From Eutreptiella sp. 'Long Island Sound 2002' (taxonomy: Eukaryota; Protista; Euglenida), in NCBI GenBank assembly GCA_964036045.1, contig OZ038378.1, positions 173,724,001 through 173,788,000 of the forward strand: a stretch of 64,000 nt of DNA, given 5' to 3'. Within the stretch, counting starts at the first letter, position 1; the number at the start of each line of letters is the position of its first letter. Shown here in pieces: positions 21,713 to 34,499 of this stretch. Under the pieces are notes generated by a model, which ran no database searches, was not told the DNA's origin, and saw only the letters and a list, made by a program, of their open reading frames with translations. The position numbers were made by a program, and so were the translations under genes.

Positions 21713-24700
21713 GCACGGAGCGTCACGTGCAGGGGCTGTCTGTTGGCGCGTGGGGACAGCTGTGCTCATGCTCCAGATGACATTGCTGTGGGGGGCTTGT
21801 GTTGAGCCACGGCTGCGCCGCATCGAGTCTGTGCTGCACCAGAGGCTGGAGATATGGCTCTTGCCGGTGCCCTGGGGTTGGGGCCGGGGTGTGGGATATA
21901 TGTGTAGGATTTCGAGTTGGGGGTAAGTCAGTTCAGTTGTGGAGGGGCAAGCACAAATGCCGTCTATGCCACTTTCAGCCAGTTTTGTCATGACAGCGTT
22001 TTTGGCGCCCTTATTGATCATGTGGCAAACCCCACTGAGGGGGTGGCATTTGGGATGATGTGACAGTATACCTATGCTAAGATGCAAATCGACATGTTTT
22101 GCAGCCTGTAGCCCTGCTTAGGGCTGGTCATGGCCCAGCGCCATTCACTAAATCGCCGTTTGAAAAATTGCAATTTTCTAGCAACCTTTGACGACCCCAG
22201 GGAACCCTGGGGCCAAGTTTGGGAGATCATTTGGTGACAAGGGGAGTGCACATAAATCCAAGGGGAGCCATGTAGCACCAATTAGGCCCCCTCTAGTAGT
22301 GCTTCTAGTGCCTGAAAAGGGCTGTTTGGGGCGTATTTGCACCGTGATGGGCAAGACTTGGTGGCCTGTAGCGGCCATTATGTGTGGATTTTTTTCAGAT
22401 CTGGGTTCCAGTCCATTGTTCCTTCTTCATGGGGCCTCGAACCAATGGCAGCGATCCCCGTTTCTATCTCCGGGTACCACACATGATTGGCCCGCTGATC
22501 ACTTTTCTGGTTTCAGGCCGGCATTGGTTGGCTGAAAAATCACAATTTTGGGGTGACCTCCAATCGCGGTGGGGTGGCCTTGGCCCACGCTTGGGGCATC
22601 TTTTTAGTAATAATAGGGGCCCAGGGGCCTACAAAATGGCTGTTTTGGGCAAGATCAGCCTGTCCATATAGACGGATAGGCAAAACTCTTAGACCACTTG
22701 GTGGTTGGTGCATTGGGCAATTCTCTGCGAAGTGGGCTTGCCGAAGGCAACAGAGTTCTGCATACTTCGATTGCACACAAGTGAGGGGTACACCCCTGTT
22801 TCGGGCAACTCTGGCTACACCACCCCTGCCGCACAATGCAATCTCAGGGCAATGCCCAGAATGGGCGTGGATGGTGACCTACGCCCCGTTGAAAAGACAG
22901 CCCGATTGGTGCAGTTTGGGGGGTGCGGGCTTCAGCCCAACACGTAACTACCCCCCATGAGGCCAGGGCTGAGCCGGAGGTCCGTGGTAGATCCGGGCAC
23001 CGGAGGTTTGGTTGGGTTGAGCTGTGGGTGTACGTCTTGGGCTGGGGTTGGGGTCTGGGGCTGATGCTGAGGGTGCAGCTCCCTGGATCACGTCCTCAAG
23101 GCAGTGCTCCACCAGTGCCAAAGTGCGTTTTCGCACTGGCGACCTCCTGAAAAGAGGGAAGTCTCCTGAAAAGAGGGAAGTGGGTGTGGCTGACTCTAAC
23201 CAAACGTGAGGATTGGCAGGGAAGACTGAAAGTGTGGTTGATGTGGTGGTGAGCGGATACAACGCGAACGGTGCAGCTGGTGTTCTTGGTAATGCAGCCC
23301 TTAGATTGCCTCACTTCACGTCCATGGCCCGAGATCAGCACAGTCTGAGGAGGGCTGCGAACGGGAATACGTGTTTAAAGATTAGTTTGTCAGTCTTGGC
23401 TGCGAAACAATGTTTGAAAGGATGTGCTATTTGTAGCTTTGCTTGGATATGGGGGAATGAGCAATGGGAATCAGCGTGTGGAGCCCTGGTCAATCACACT
23501 CGGACTGAGAGAAGGCGTTAGCCTGCAATAAGGCTCCTTTGTGAGCCTCGGGCCGCACCGGATGGTGTGCACACCCGACACCTGATTTGCGGCTCAGCAT
23601 CCCCAGCACCGGAAGCCGGCCAATCCCAACAAGAGAAGGGCTGAAACACACCTGTGACGAGTTGCTTGTGTTCACAGAAACATTGTGTGCGGGGCACTGC
23701 GACCAGTAAGAGCTGCTGCCATGGGACCCCACCGCCAGAAGAACCTCTCGGCTGTGGGTCCTGCGATCTCCGTCAGACCATCGTTTTGCAGGGTACGTCA
23801 CGCATCTTCGTTCACAATGACCCCATAACCCAAACCCGACCCCCGGAGGATCCGAACCCCCGATAGCGTGGGCGCAGTGACCAGGCGTACCCAGAGACCA
23901 CAAATTCGGTGCAGGGCAGACCAAAAACGGTCAAGCAGTGCCATGTTATATATTGCCCCTCCACAAGGAGGGCATGTGCAGCAGCGCGGGCCTCAAGGAG
24001 CCGGCTTCTCTTTTTCCTTTTTCATTGTTGGCCAAAGGCCACCCGTTAGAGACCGCCGGATCGGCAGCCTGTCGACGGCGGTTGGAGTTGACTGACGGCA
24101 GTTGGCGGCTCGCTGACAGCAGTTGACCGTCAATTGACACCTTTTGCAGTTGGTGTGCGACGGAGTCCAGCGTTGTCGTTCTTGTTGTTTTTGTTTTGTT
24201 TTTGTTTTGTTTTTTTGTCTGGTGGTTTTCGTTTTTTTAATCAGGGACGGCCCTGGGGCGTAGGGTGCATCGGGCACAGGTTGTGGCGGGATGCAGGAGG
24301 GTTCGGGGGTTGTGGAATTCTGCGTATTGTGTTCCACAACAAAGCCCTAAACAGGCGTGCTGTACGTCAGGTGGGATCCCCCTGGTGTTCCGTACGCCGT
24401 CCTGTCTACTTTGGAATCCCGGGGCAGGTGGGCGAGGGGGGCCTTTCCTCAGCATCAGACACGCTCACGTGGGCACTCATTTGGACTGATTCACTGCCTA
24501 AGGACACGACAACAGCCAGAGCTCAACGCAAGTCCAAGCCCTCGGGAGCGCCAGCACCTGCACCAGCACCAGCACCGGCGCCCTCAGGTGCTGCTGGTGC
24601 CGCCCTTTGGCACACGTGCCTCCGTTGGGCAATGCGGCCGTTGCAGACACCGAAGGAGCCCACGGCACTTATATATTGGCCCAATCCACAAGAAGGACCC

Positions 24701-27221
24701 TGGGCACAGACCGGGCAGGGCGGCATGGCACTTCGGCACTCGCATTCAGAGACGGGGATGACCTCCAGTAAGACTCTCCTTCGAGCCTCCACGATGCTGC
24801 CCCATATCTGACACCTGATTTGCAGCCCAGTACCGGAAACCCCATTGCCAGGACGGGTAGCCTCCCAATACCGGCAACCCCACATTACTGACCACCCCCC
24901 CTCAAGGCCTAACAACTGTCCCTACTCCTGCCCAACTCGCCTCAGTTGGAGGTGACCGGACGGTACTGAGCGCTGCACCGATGGCGGCTGGCACTTCCCC
25001 GACGAGGACTCTAGGGGCAACCAGCAGTATTTATGGGGTTCCGGGCATGCCTGCACTGCCGAGATCAGCACAGGGCTGGTTTGCAGCGCACCGATATGCG
25101 GGGGAACACGGGACGGGGGTACGGGTGCCAAGCCAATTTCGGGCCAGGCCCACAGAAAAAATTTTCACCGTGATGCATGGCTCATTGCAACCAGTGCGAT
25201 GAGGCGTTCATCATGAGGCATACATGTGGTGAACTCCTCCCCCCCCCCACCCGGTTGTGCCAGATAGCAAGGGGGCAGACACAACGCCCCCCCCCCCCTG
25301 TCAAATGGAGTATGCTGTTCTATGGAATGTACCCACATGCCCATGGGAGTAGTCATCACGGGTTTGTCGAGAAGTCGTAACCCCGCCCCCTGAGGAGGAA
25401 CTGTCACTTGGCCCAAAAAGCACAGGAAATACTAGGCACCAAAGGCACCAAAGAAAAATTTTCTGAAGGGTATGCCGGAACTGCTGCAGTTTTAGTGCTA
25501 CCATTGTGTGGTGCAAGTCCTTCCCCCAGGTGGGGGATCCGTCGCTTCTTGACCCCCCCCCCCCCCCGTGGGGGCGAACCGTCACGACATTGGGAGTGGG
25601 GGGATTTCAAGGCGGGGGGGAGGGTAGGTTTCCTTTCAGTTGACGCACGAATTGCCATGTGGTGTTCTGCGGCAGGGCAGCTGTCGATCAATGCGGTTTT
25701 CGGTGGCTCAGACACAGTGGTGTGTTTTTAGAGTTGGGGGTCGTAAAGTGCTGTGTTTTGAGTCCTTTGGCGTAAAGGACCTCCCTGGCCAACGGTGGTC
25801 ATGGGCGGGGCATTGCCGTCATACCCTGTGGCTGCTTGAACAGTCCCCGCCCTTGCAGAGTCCCCGTGGGAAGGGATGGGGGGGGGAGGGTCATTTACCC
25901 TAAAAGTTTATTGCGCCGAAGAAAATTGTTCTCGTGGCCACGGTGCAGTTGTAGTTTGAAGTTCAGGTTTCGGTTGAGGTTCATGGTCCCCAGGGGCTAG
26001 GAGACACCTCAATTTCCTCACGAGGGTGGGAACACCGTCGCGCATGGAGCGTGCTCAGCACGGGAGAGCCATGCGCTCCAACCAATCATTTGAATCCGTT
26101 ATACCCGATACCCGCCACAGTTTTTTGTCAGGATTGATACACATGCGGTGGCATGCCAGCCCCGCATTACGTTGGGCTTGCAGTGGACGTTGGTGCTCCA
26201 ACCTTTGAAGCTGCAGTACCCGAGAGATGCGGAACAGTGATTCTGATGATCTTTTTGAAAGTATGCAGCTTCTTGTGCGACACAGTTTGGCGCGGGAGGC
26301 AAAGGTGGCACCTTCTGTGCTTGGGCTTTGTTGGACAGTAGCGCAGCAGTATTAGGACTCAGCCGCTCAATGTACAAGGGATCAGGCCGGAACTGCAGCC
26401 TAGTGATCGTGAAGCATGGCAAGTTTGTTCACCGCCTGCGGACTAGTTCGACTCAATGGAGGATAACTGAAGGTGATGGGGGTTCGCAGGTTTTGGCGGT
26501 TATTTTGGGGCAACAGAGGACATAGAGTTCTTGTCTTGGCATGCACTATTTGCAAGGTGTTGGGGGCCTGCATGGGGCGTGTGGTAAAAACAATGCATTG
26601 CTGCGGGCCTGCCTTTTTGGATTGACAGCAAGGGCCCCCATTTTGGGGGTAACAGGCATCACAAATGCCTACACCTGTTTCGTGCAGGTAGCGCCATAAA
26701 AATTGACAGTGCCACCGGCGTAAACAGACGTGACCCAGTTCCTCTTGCACTGTCATGGTTGTAATTTGTGTACAGTTGGAGTGCATTCGGCATGTGAAGG
26801 CAACACAAGAAGATGTATATTTCAATTTTATGGCTGCAACACCTCAATTTTTTGTTTGGCTCAGAGTTCTCCCGTCTGCTGTTCTGGCAGCTACCCATTA
26901 ATGTGGCGCCGTGGACAGCATTCGCACACCACAAGACAACATTCACGAATGAAGACAGCCATTACTCGCTGGCTACAACGTCTAACACGGTATATAGAGA
27001 TATATACACATGTACTATTCAATGTGATAAATAGACTCACACCCTGAAGACGCTTCTAAGGAAGAGCATCCAAAACAAGAGGTTTCAGAGGACAAACCAG
27101 AGGACACTGAGGCATCAGTGAGGCACTCATGATCCTCATGAATAATTCCCTCATCTTCCGAACTGCTACAATCCCCATCAAACCCTTCCTTCACCACCCC
27201 TTGTCCTTCCTAGTAGGGAAC

Positions 27222-27410
27222 AATCAATAAGGCTCCATAATCCCCCCATAGTAGGGGGAAATCAATAAGGCTCCATAATCCCCCCATAGTAGGGGGAAAT
27301 CAATAAGGCTCCATAATCCCAGGCCAAGAGGCCCCGATAGTAGGAGAAGATCAATCTGGCTCCATAACCCGGGGCCAAGGGGTCCCCATAGTGAGAGAAC
27401 ATCAATGGCG
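27222..27410. repeat. 37-bp tandem repeat grading into transposon subterminal-type units
   Basis: AATCAATAAGGCTCCATAATCCCCCCATAGTAGGGGG x2 plus degenerate copies. The reverse complement resembles the ATTGATCTATCC.CACCATGGGGACCCC units at 256-345. Confidence 0.85.
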
Positions 27411-27479
27411 GGAGGGGAGGGGGGGGGGCTTGCACACAAGCCCTAGGCATGGAAACGAAAACTGAAACAAACATTGGCG

Positions 27480-28130
27480 CCAAAGGCGCTGAAAGGAGAG
27501 GGATATTGTGCGCTATTGTTGGTGAAACACGGTGCAGTGGCTGTGGGCAGCGCGTTGTTGGTTGGCCCTTGCGGGCAGCTTTTGCCAAAACCCATGCGCT
27601 GTTCCCTCCAGGTGTCGATGATATGGAGGGTAAATTTGCTCGCTTCTTAGCACAATGGTACCACGCAACGATGAGTAATCCTGACATCCATCATGCAATG
27701 AGACCCGTCCCCCTTGTTGCCCATGTATGCCCAAGTGGAGTCATAGTAACCATTAGAGTTCGGTGTTTTCCACGTCTCATCCAACTTACAGGCACTTAGC
27801 TTGTACATAAAATTGCTTGGGAAGACTATCCTGAGGTGATAATGATTGTAGCATTCTTCTGGTTAGTTTCAATCCTAGCCAACTCTTTGCTCATTTGACG
27901 ACAGTTTATCGAATAACCAGACCGTTTTTCGGGCATGATCTGCAAATCAATTTCACTCTTCTCCACCTTTGCCAGCCGGAGAACAATTGCAGGAATATTG
28001 GCCAAAAGAGAAATTAGGATCACCATGCAAAGACCACAAGTCAACATGAGCAGCAACCCAGGCAGCAACTCAATGTCCATCTTCATTTCTCGTTTGGAAA
28101 AACTTAGATGCACGGTCATCATTTGCATGG
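27480..28130 (-). pseudogene. Frameshifted, intronless FtsX-like (ABC-type) permease fragment of the protist family
   Basis: Across frames: LSFSKREMK-RWTLSCCLGCCSC-..MVILISLLANIPAIVLRLAKVEKSEIDLQIMP..SIN, and later TLHIIDTWREQRMGFGKS. These resemble the P..FLRLAE...GEIDL and ID...E...G.GR motifs recalled for protist FtsX-like permeases. Confidence 0.5.
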
Positions 28131-28812
28131 ACCCTTTGATCCCACCACTGTCCTTGTTTTTCTTTTTATCATCATTTGACACATCCTCATCGTCTGAATC
28201 TCCCTTTTGCAAATCCGCGCAAGACTTTGGGCGGCATTGCAAACAAAACAAGCAGTCTTTGAAAGATCAAAGATGTGGTGGTGTCTATTATTCTCTGGCT
28301 TTCTGCGGCCGTGCTACTAAACCGACACCAACCCTTAGCCTTTCTTTTTTTTTTTGTACTACAAGATCCCATTTGGGGCACAATGACCAAAGGTACCCTA
28401 AAAGGTGACGTGAGGCTCTCTTCAAAGGCTGCTAACTCAGCAACAATCCTTGAGAGAGGTACAAACCATTGCATCTGTTTCGTAAGAATCGACACAAGCC
28501 AATCTGAGAATGGTATGAGGGGATGGTGCCTACTGAGGGCATGTATGCTGGCTTGTGGCAGCAGAATAGACATTTCTTTAGGTTGTTTTATATTTGGCAG
28601 CGACTGTGTGCAACAATGTATTTGGATTGGGTCCCGGGAGACCTTAATCCTACTAATGGGCGGTCTGGTATTGGTTGTGATTGGAAGCATCTCCCCAACA
28701 ATCACTCCAAGATAGGCTGACCGCATTGCAGTCATACGGCTACCTCATAGCTCTAGTATGGAATTTGGGGTTCCCTAAGGGAAGGAGGGCACCTTTGGCA
28801 ACTTAGAAGGTA

Positions 28813-28981
28813 CCCCCCTTGCACAAGCACGGGATTGTCTCAGCACGGGGACTCCTTCTGACCGCCGTTTTTCCAACCGCCCCCTGAGGTTTCCTCTTCT
28901 GGGCACTGCCTTATCTTAGCAAAGGACCCGTCGAACCATTGTTTTCCTAAAGTTCAACGTGCTTGCAAAAGGGGGGGGGGG
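28813..28981 (+). mobile_element. Short CCC-terminal MITE with TA flanks
   Basis: TA|CCCCCCTTGCACAAGCACG ... CGTGCTTGCAAAAGGGGGG(G)n|TA; 16/19 TIR match; internal TTGTCTCAGCACGGG..CTGACCG motif. Confidence 0.8.
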
Positions 28982-31899
28982 TAGTGAGTTAGGATTTACA
29001 TGATTCTCACGTAAGAGGTTTCTCGTGGAGCAATGGTGAATGAATGAGAGGACCAGGGTAACTGCAATATGCTGATTGTTTTGGTGCTTTGTTTTGTGAC
29101 TATGACAATTTGGGGGGAAACAAGAGTTTCACTGCGGGTTTTATTTATTTGCTATCAGCTATTCATAGCCTTCTTTGGGTTTTGGTTGCCGTGTGTGCCC
29201 TAGCACGCATGCTACGTTCCGGGCGTGAGGGAAGGGCCCATGACCGCCTTCCGTGTGGTCGGTGGTTGCACGGGAATCCTAATTAAAGCTGTGAAATTGT
29301 CGCTATGCTAACGCTTACCAACAATGCATTTCAAATCGAGCCGAAGGCACATCTGTACACGGTAGGTCGAGGGTTACAAGGTTGCAAAGGCACAAATTGT
29401 TTTATTTTGGCTAAATCTTAATATCTGGGCTTTGGACAGCAACAATGAAAAGATCTCAGATTTGAAATCCCATTGCATGATTTTAAACAGTGTTTGCATT
29501 TTGAATCATCGAAAACCAATGTGATTCTGCTGTTTTTTGAAACATTCATTTTTGCATATTTCTGGGCAAGATCAGACCATGTCTTCTGGCGACCAGAATG
29601 GCGCAGCTCTGCAGACCTGAATTCATGCATAGTGCCGTTCGTTGTGCTCCGAGGGTCGCACAACACCTAGGTTTGCGGGCTCACTCCACATTGGCACCAA
29701 GTTATGGTCGTTGGGGGGGTTGGGGGGTCCAGTTTGGTCAAAAATGGCAGTTTTTCATTTGTGGACCTTACGGAGTTTGGTGTTTCGCAAATACATCGCT
29801 GAAGTGACGGCCACCTCCCAGCAGATTGAAAGCCTTGTGAATGCTCTTTAGCAGGTGGTTTGGTGTCTGGCATCGTAAGGTCATAGAACACGAGCTGTCT
29901 TTTGGGTCCTTTTGGGGCGTGAAGTTGGTGCTGCATTTTTGGGCCATCGTGGGTCTCCTTGCGTGGTTGTCCCTCCTTTTCGGACATATGCACCTTGGTC
30001 ATCGTAGAAGCCTGAGCTAGCTGCAAGAGCTCCTAGCCAAATACGCGTTACAACCCTGTCAAAAAGTAGATTGGCTGTGACACCAAAACAAAAAGGACCC
30101 CTAGACAACAAATATTCAAGGCTGCCAAATACCACCCCCCCCCCCCCATTATTCTCTTCTACATTTTCCAAAGAACATTGCAAGCTGTGATAGATTCGTA
30201 ACTCCACGACATCTCCAAATGCCACCCAAAATGCGCAATTACACACCTCCCAATTTTGCTGAATTTCAAACCCCCAACAGATAGAATGGGGAGCTATTAG
30301 CACCTCCAGGAGCCAACTACCTACCAAACACATGCTATGCAGCACTAAGCGCTTTGATATACAAGGTTTACTTCGGGACGTGTTTGGGGTTTCGCTCATG
30401 GGTTGCCCAGCCGAGTCGTTCAATGTGGTTGGTTTTCAAGTTGGGGGTTTTGCAGCCGGCGTGGCGGAGGTTGAGGGCTGAATAGCATGAGCGCAAGGAT
30501 GACCCATGCACCGATGAACCATTGGGAGCAGGAACATTGAGACAGGTGTTCTTTGAAACACATGTCCATGGGTGTCAACACGTGCTAAAGGCATGAATGT
30601 AAGAACACTAGCAGTTCTAGGGAAAAAGTCATTTTGGGTTGCAATTTTTGCTGTGTCATTTTTCAAAAGCAGTGTCACCAAAACCCTAGGTCTCCTCTAG
30701 TTGTTACCGTTACATCTCTAAGGCTGAGGAAGGTGGGGAGCAAGGCTCTTTGAACAGGAGGAAGGCCAAACCTGTTTCAATCATAGCATATGGCCACTAA
30801 GCACCTCAACTTCCAGACACGTGGGTTTTGCAGCTTTGGGTCAAACAACAAAAGTATTTCGGTGATTGTCATGCCTTCTGCAAATGACAAGAAGCCTTCC
30901 TAGGCTAAAGGAGGGGGCACATAGCGCCCTCTTCCCAAGCCTAGCCACAACTCCAAGGTCAATTTTTTTTTTCATTTTTGTATTTTACTTTTCATTTGGA
31001 TCCATTTTTTTCAACAAATCGTGCGAGCTCTTGATGTTGTCATTGGTGTCATTGGTTTGTTCAATCATATGGAGCAAAAAAAAAGATCGAACGGAGCAGT
31101 CCGATATGTTGTATCGGCTTGTGTTTTGTATAGCAATTTCTCAAAAAATGCAAAGTGATTTCAATTGAGTTCATGGATTAAAGATGTCCTCTATTAGCAT
31201 CAAACAATTGTACCATTCCAAAAAATGAATGCAGGATTTTTTTTCATCAATAAGATTGATTTCAATTCTTCCATGTGATATATATTCGTCACAGCTACAT
31301 GTACACATGTATACATGTACAGCTACACAGTTACAAGGCGATGTTGGATTTCTGTGAAAGTTTCTAATGATGTCACCTGAATCATCGGTATCACCTGTGT
31401 GGGGAGGATGAAAACACCACCTACGTGATCACGGGTGGGCGGGCTGGGTCATCCCCCAGGCCTTGTTATCTGGAGTCGCACTCTTCCACCCAATCACGGC
31501 GAGGTGCAACCCACCCGCCCGCCCACCCACAAACAACAGCGGTTCTGCAGTTCAATGAACTTTTGCGACTCACCTAAGTGTAACTGTCGACTGTTCCGGT
31601 GCTTTGTTTTGTGAGTGAAACTCGTTCAAGTACAAGGCCATGGATTGGACGCCGCCTAACACAAGTGTCATGGCACAGCACTGGGCGCCCACAACACCGC
31701 TGTCTAAGCAATGCACATCTGAGTCTATGTCTATGGACAAAGCGAGCTACTGTGTGCCACTGCCCTTGACATTCGCCTCGCCGTCATAATTTTTGCCATG
31801 GTCCCCAAGGGTGAGGGACATGTCACGCACAGGCAGGGAGATTACAAGAGGTGGCCTTTGTACAGCCCCACAGAGCCTGTCTGTAGGAGTGGTGTGCAT

Positions 31900-33350
31900 G
31901 CCTTAAGCCCCTTTGCAAATAATGTTGAGATGCTGCAGTTGTAAGCAAGTTGCATGTTATTTACTTGCAGCTTGTTAACTCCCCATGGATGGAAAGTTTG
32001 ATACGGTGCCCATCTCCAACAACGAGGATTGGAATCATCACGTGAGTTTCACATCTGGAAGTCGATGGATGGTGGTGTATTTCTGTCATGAGCCTGATCT
32101 CAAAGTTGAGGAGGAATTCAGAAAGCTGGTTTGATTTTCATTCATCATTGTTCTCCACAAAACTTGCCCGCAGTCCATTGTATGCCTTAGGTCCCGCGCT
32201 TTATACTCCCTCTGACAGCAGCTGAGAGTGATAGGAGAGGAGTGACACTGGAAACTTGACAGCAGAGAATTGAACAATATGTTGGGCAGCACGTTTTAGA
32301 TTGTTGCTCTCTCGTGCCACTTATACCGTCACGGTTCTTTTTATTTCACGACAGCACCAGGGTTCAAGTGTCATGCGAGCAGGGAAGAAAAGATGAAACA
32401 GAGATCATGTTTAATATGTTTCCAATGCATTTGCTGACATCACATGGTCAACACTGCATGGTCACATTGTCAGCAATGCTGTGAGACCAACCCAGCTGTG
32501 GGAAAGCACTAACAGCATTTTAGCGTGGTGAGGCTGAAGCCCCCCCCCCTTTTTTTTGATTTCAAGAACTTGATTTTGGGGAGAATTGTTCAAGTGTGAG
32601 TCAAAATCTGTGGTGCTGGGGGTATTCAAAGAGAGGGCTGGTGCACAAACTGCAGTTTTCAGCCTCACCAGCTGAAAAACCGAAAAGTTCAAATTGTTTT
32701 TTTTTGATGCTGTGACCACCTGCAATATTAGCAAAACATATGTCGAGCATGTTTTACACCATCTTTCTGTCTTTTGCAACCCATTTGGCAATTGAGTCCT
32801 GGGGGGCAGAGAACTTGGTGATGTGTGCAAGGCGCAAAAAAAATTTTGCACGTGTCTTTGCCAGCGTAGTTCACAGTCAAACCATTCAAGAACTCTTTTT
32901 TTTTTCGCAGATGAAGGATCCAACACTCAGCGGTGGTCTCCAGCACTCCACTGTTTCCCTCCTGCTCCCCCTGAGCGTATTTCTCTTTATCTTCTTGTAT
33001 CAGTTTCCCAATGAATGTTTAACTCCTTACGTTCCACATTCTGCATACCCTATTGCCAAAAGCCAAAATAACACTGCCTGACCGCATTAAGTTCATAGGT
33101 CAACCAACAGCAATTGATGGTCAGCCAATGATGATGCTGACGGGCTGGGAACCGACAGCACTTGCTCGTCGGCCAGTGCACTGCGTCGGTTAACCGCCAG
33201 CTGCCATTTGCACAATCGCAACCATACCATCCAAAGCCTTAGGAAGGATATCTGTCATGTGAAGGTGCCCATTAGATAAAAGGATAATTGTTTGGATTTG
33301 TTTTTTAAAGAGAACACCTTGATTTATGAATATCAAAGCAAGTGCAGAGA
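31900..33350 (-). pseudogene. Degenerate hAT transposase remnant
   Basis: In order on the minus strand across frameshifts: KIFFAPC/LAH (CxxH), QDSI, LNTPSTTDFDSH (LxxPxxTR[W/F]xS-like), TMDCGQVL, RWHRIKLSIH. Confidence 0.5.
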
Positions 33351-34499
33351 AAGAACCCTGATCTGATTGCCACTGGTATCCAAGTACAAATATGGTGGAC
33401 AAAAGATTAGTTGCACATGCAACATGCAACCCTCCGCCCTCCCCTGGTCTGACCTGTTACACTTCCTTTCCTTCGCCCAAAGGCTGTGCAGTTTCCGTCG
33501 CTCACCTTCGCAAAAGTCTTAATCTCCGACCTTCACCAAATGCCTGCCTTAGCGGACGCAGGGATCCCGACCTCTATGAGTGCCACCCGTTTTGAAATTG
33601 TCATTGGCGGTCGTTGTCTCAGTAGGTATGTACAACTGCCCCCCTCCACCCACGACACCGCAAGGCAAGATGTGGCCGAGGGGAGGCAACTCAGCAACGG
33701 GTTCCAAATATGTGGCATGTTGCATGTAAGCATGAGGCGGCATCCAAGCACCATATATTCTGTTGCAGAGATTTACGCTGGGGGTATTTTGCCATACATC
33801 CCCCCTCCCATCCCCCTCCATATCTTCTGGTCCTTCAATCTGTAACAACAGGGAATCATTCTCCGTGATCAGACAACAATGAATACCAAGTTACCAGGGC
33901 TTCTTTTTGAAACCGACGCAGCCGCAATGAGTGATTGCCTACAGTAAGTGTCCAATTTCTTTTGGGGAGAAACTGTCTGCTCATTCAACTGCTTGCCTTG
34001 GTACTGCCAAGACTGGACCTTGATCAAAGAGACTTGGACTGCATAACAAGTTTGCCCGCTTTTGCACTCTGGACTCAAGAAAGATTTATGCAAATTCCAT
34101 AGTGTTTTTTTTTGTCAAGAGGTGCAAACTATTGCTGAAATGCAGAACAAATGGAGGCTGGGATACCATCATGGGGAGGACATTTTGTTCAACAAACAAG
34201 GCAGATTTGTCATTCTGAACATGCAGTCCAGGAAACCAGAGAGCTCTTTGAGGACGTCCAAGGTTTTGAGAGGACACTCAATGAGCAGTTGCGGCAGTTT
34301 CTTAATGATAATCAACAGATCAGCAGCATACAGCCACTACATATTGTGAGATTTCAGAGAGCCAACGTGAGAGAGGCCACAGCAGCCAATTTATGTTGTC
34401 CATTGTTTCCGTTCACAGCCCTTCACTTGTCTTCTGTTTGACTCGGTAGGTGTTATGTACTGAGAGCAATGAAGCTCAGAAGCCTGTGTGGAACCACAA

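Noticed and set aside
23144-23181. 19-bp tandem duplication CTCCTGAAAAGAGGGAAGT
   Set aside because: Isolated slippage-type duplication with no associated element.
26220-26340. piggyBac-type cysteine-rich domain (KHRRCHLC) on the minus strand
   Set aside because: The remaining Cys residues are not in frame, and there is no DDD core or TTAA-flanked end nearby.
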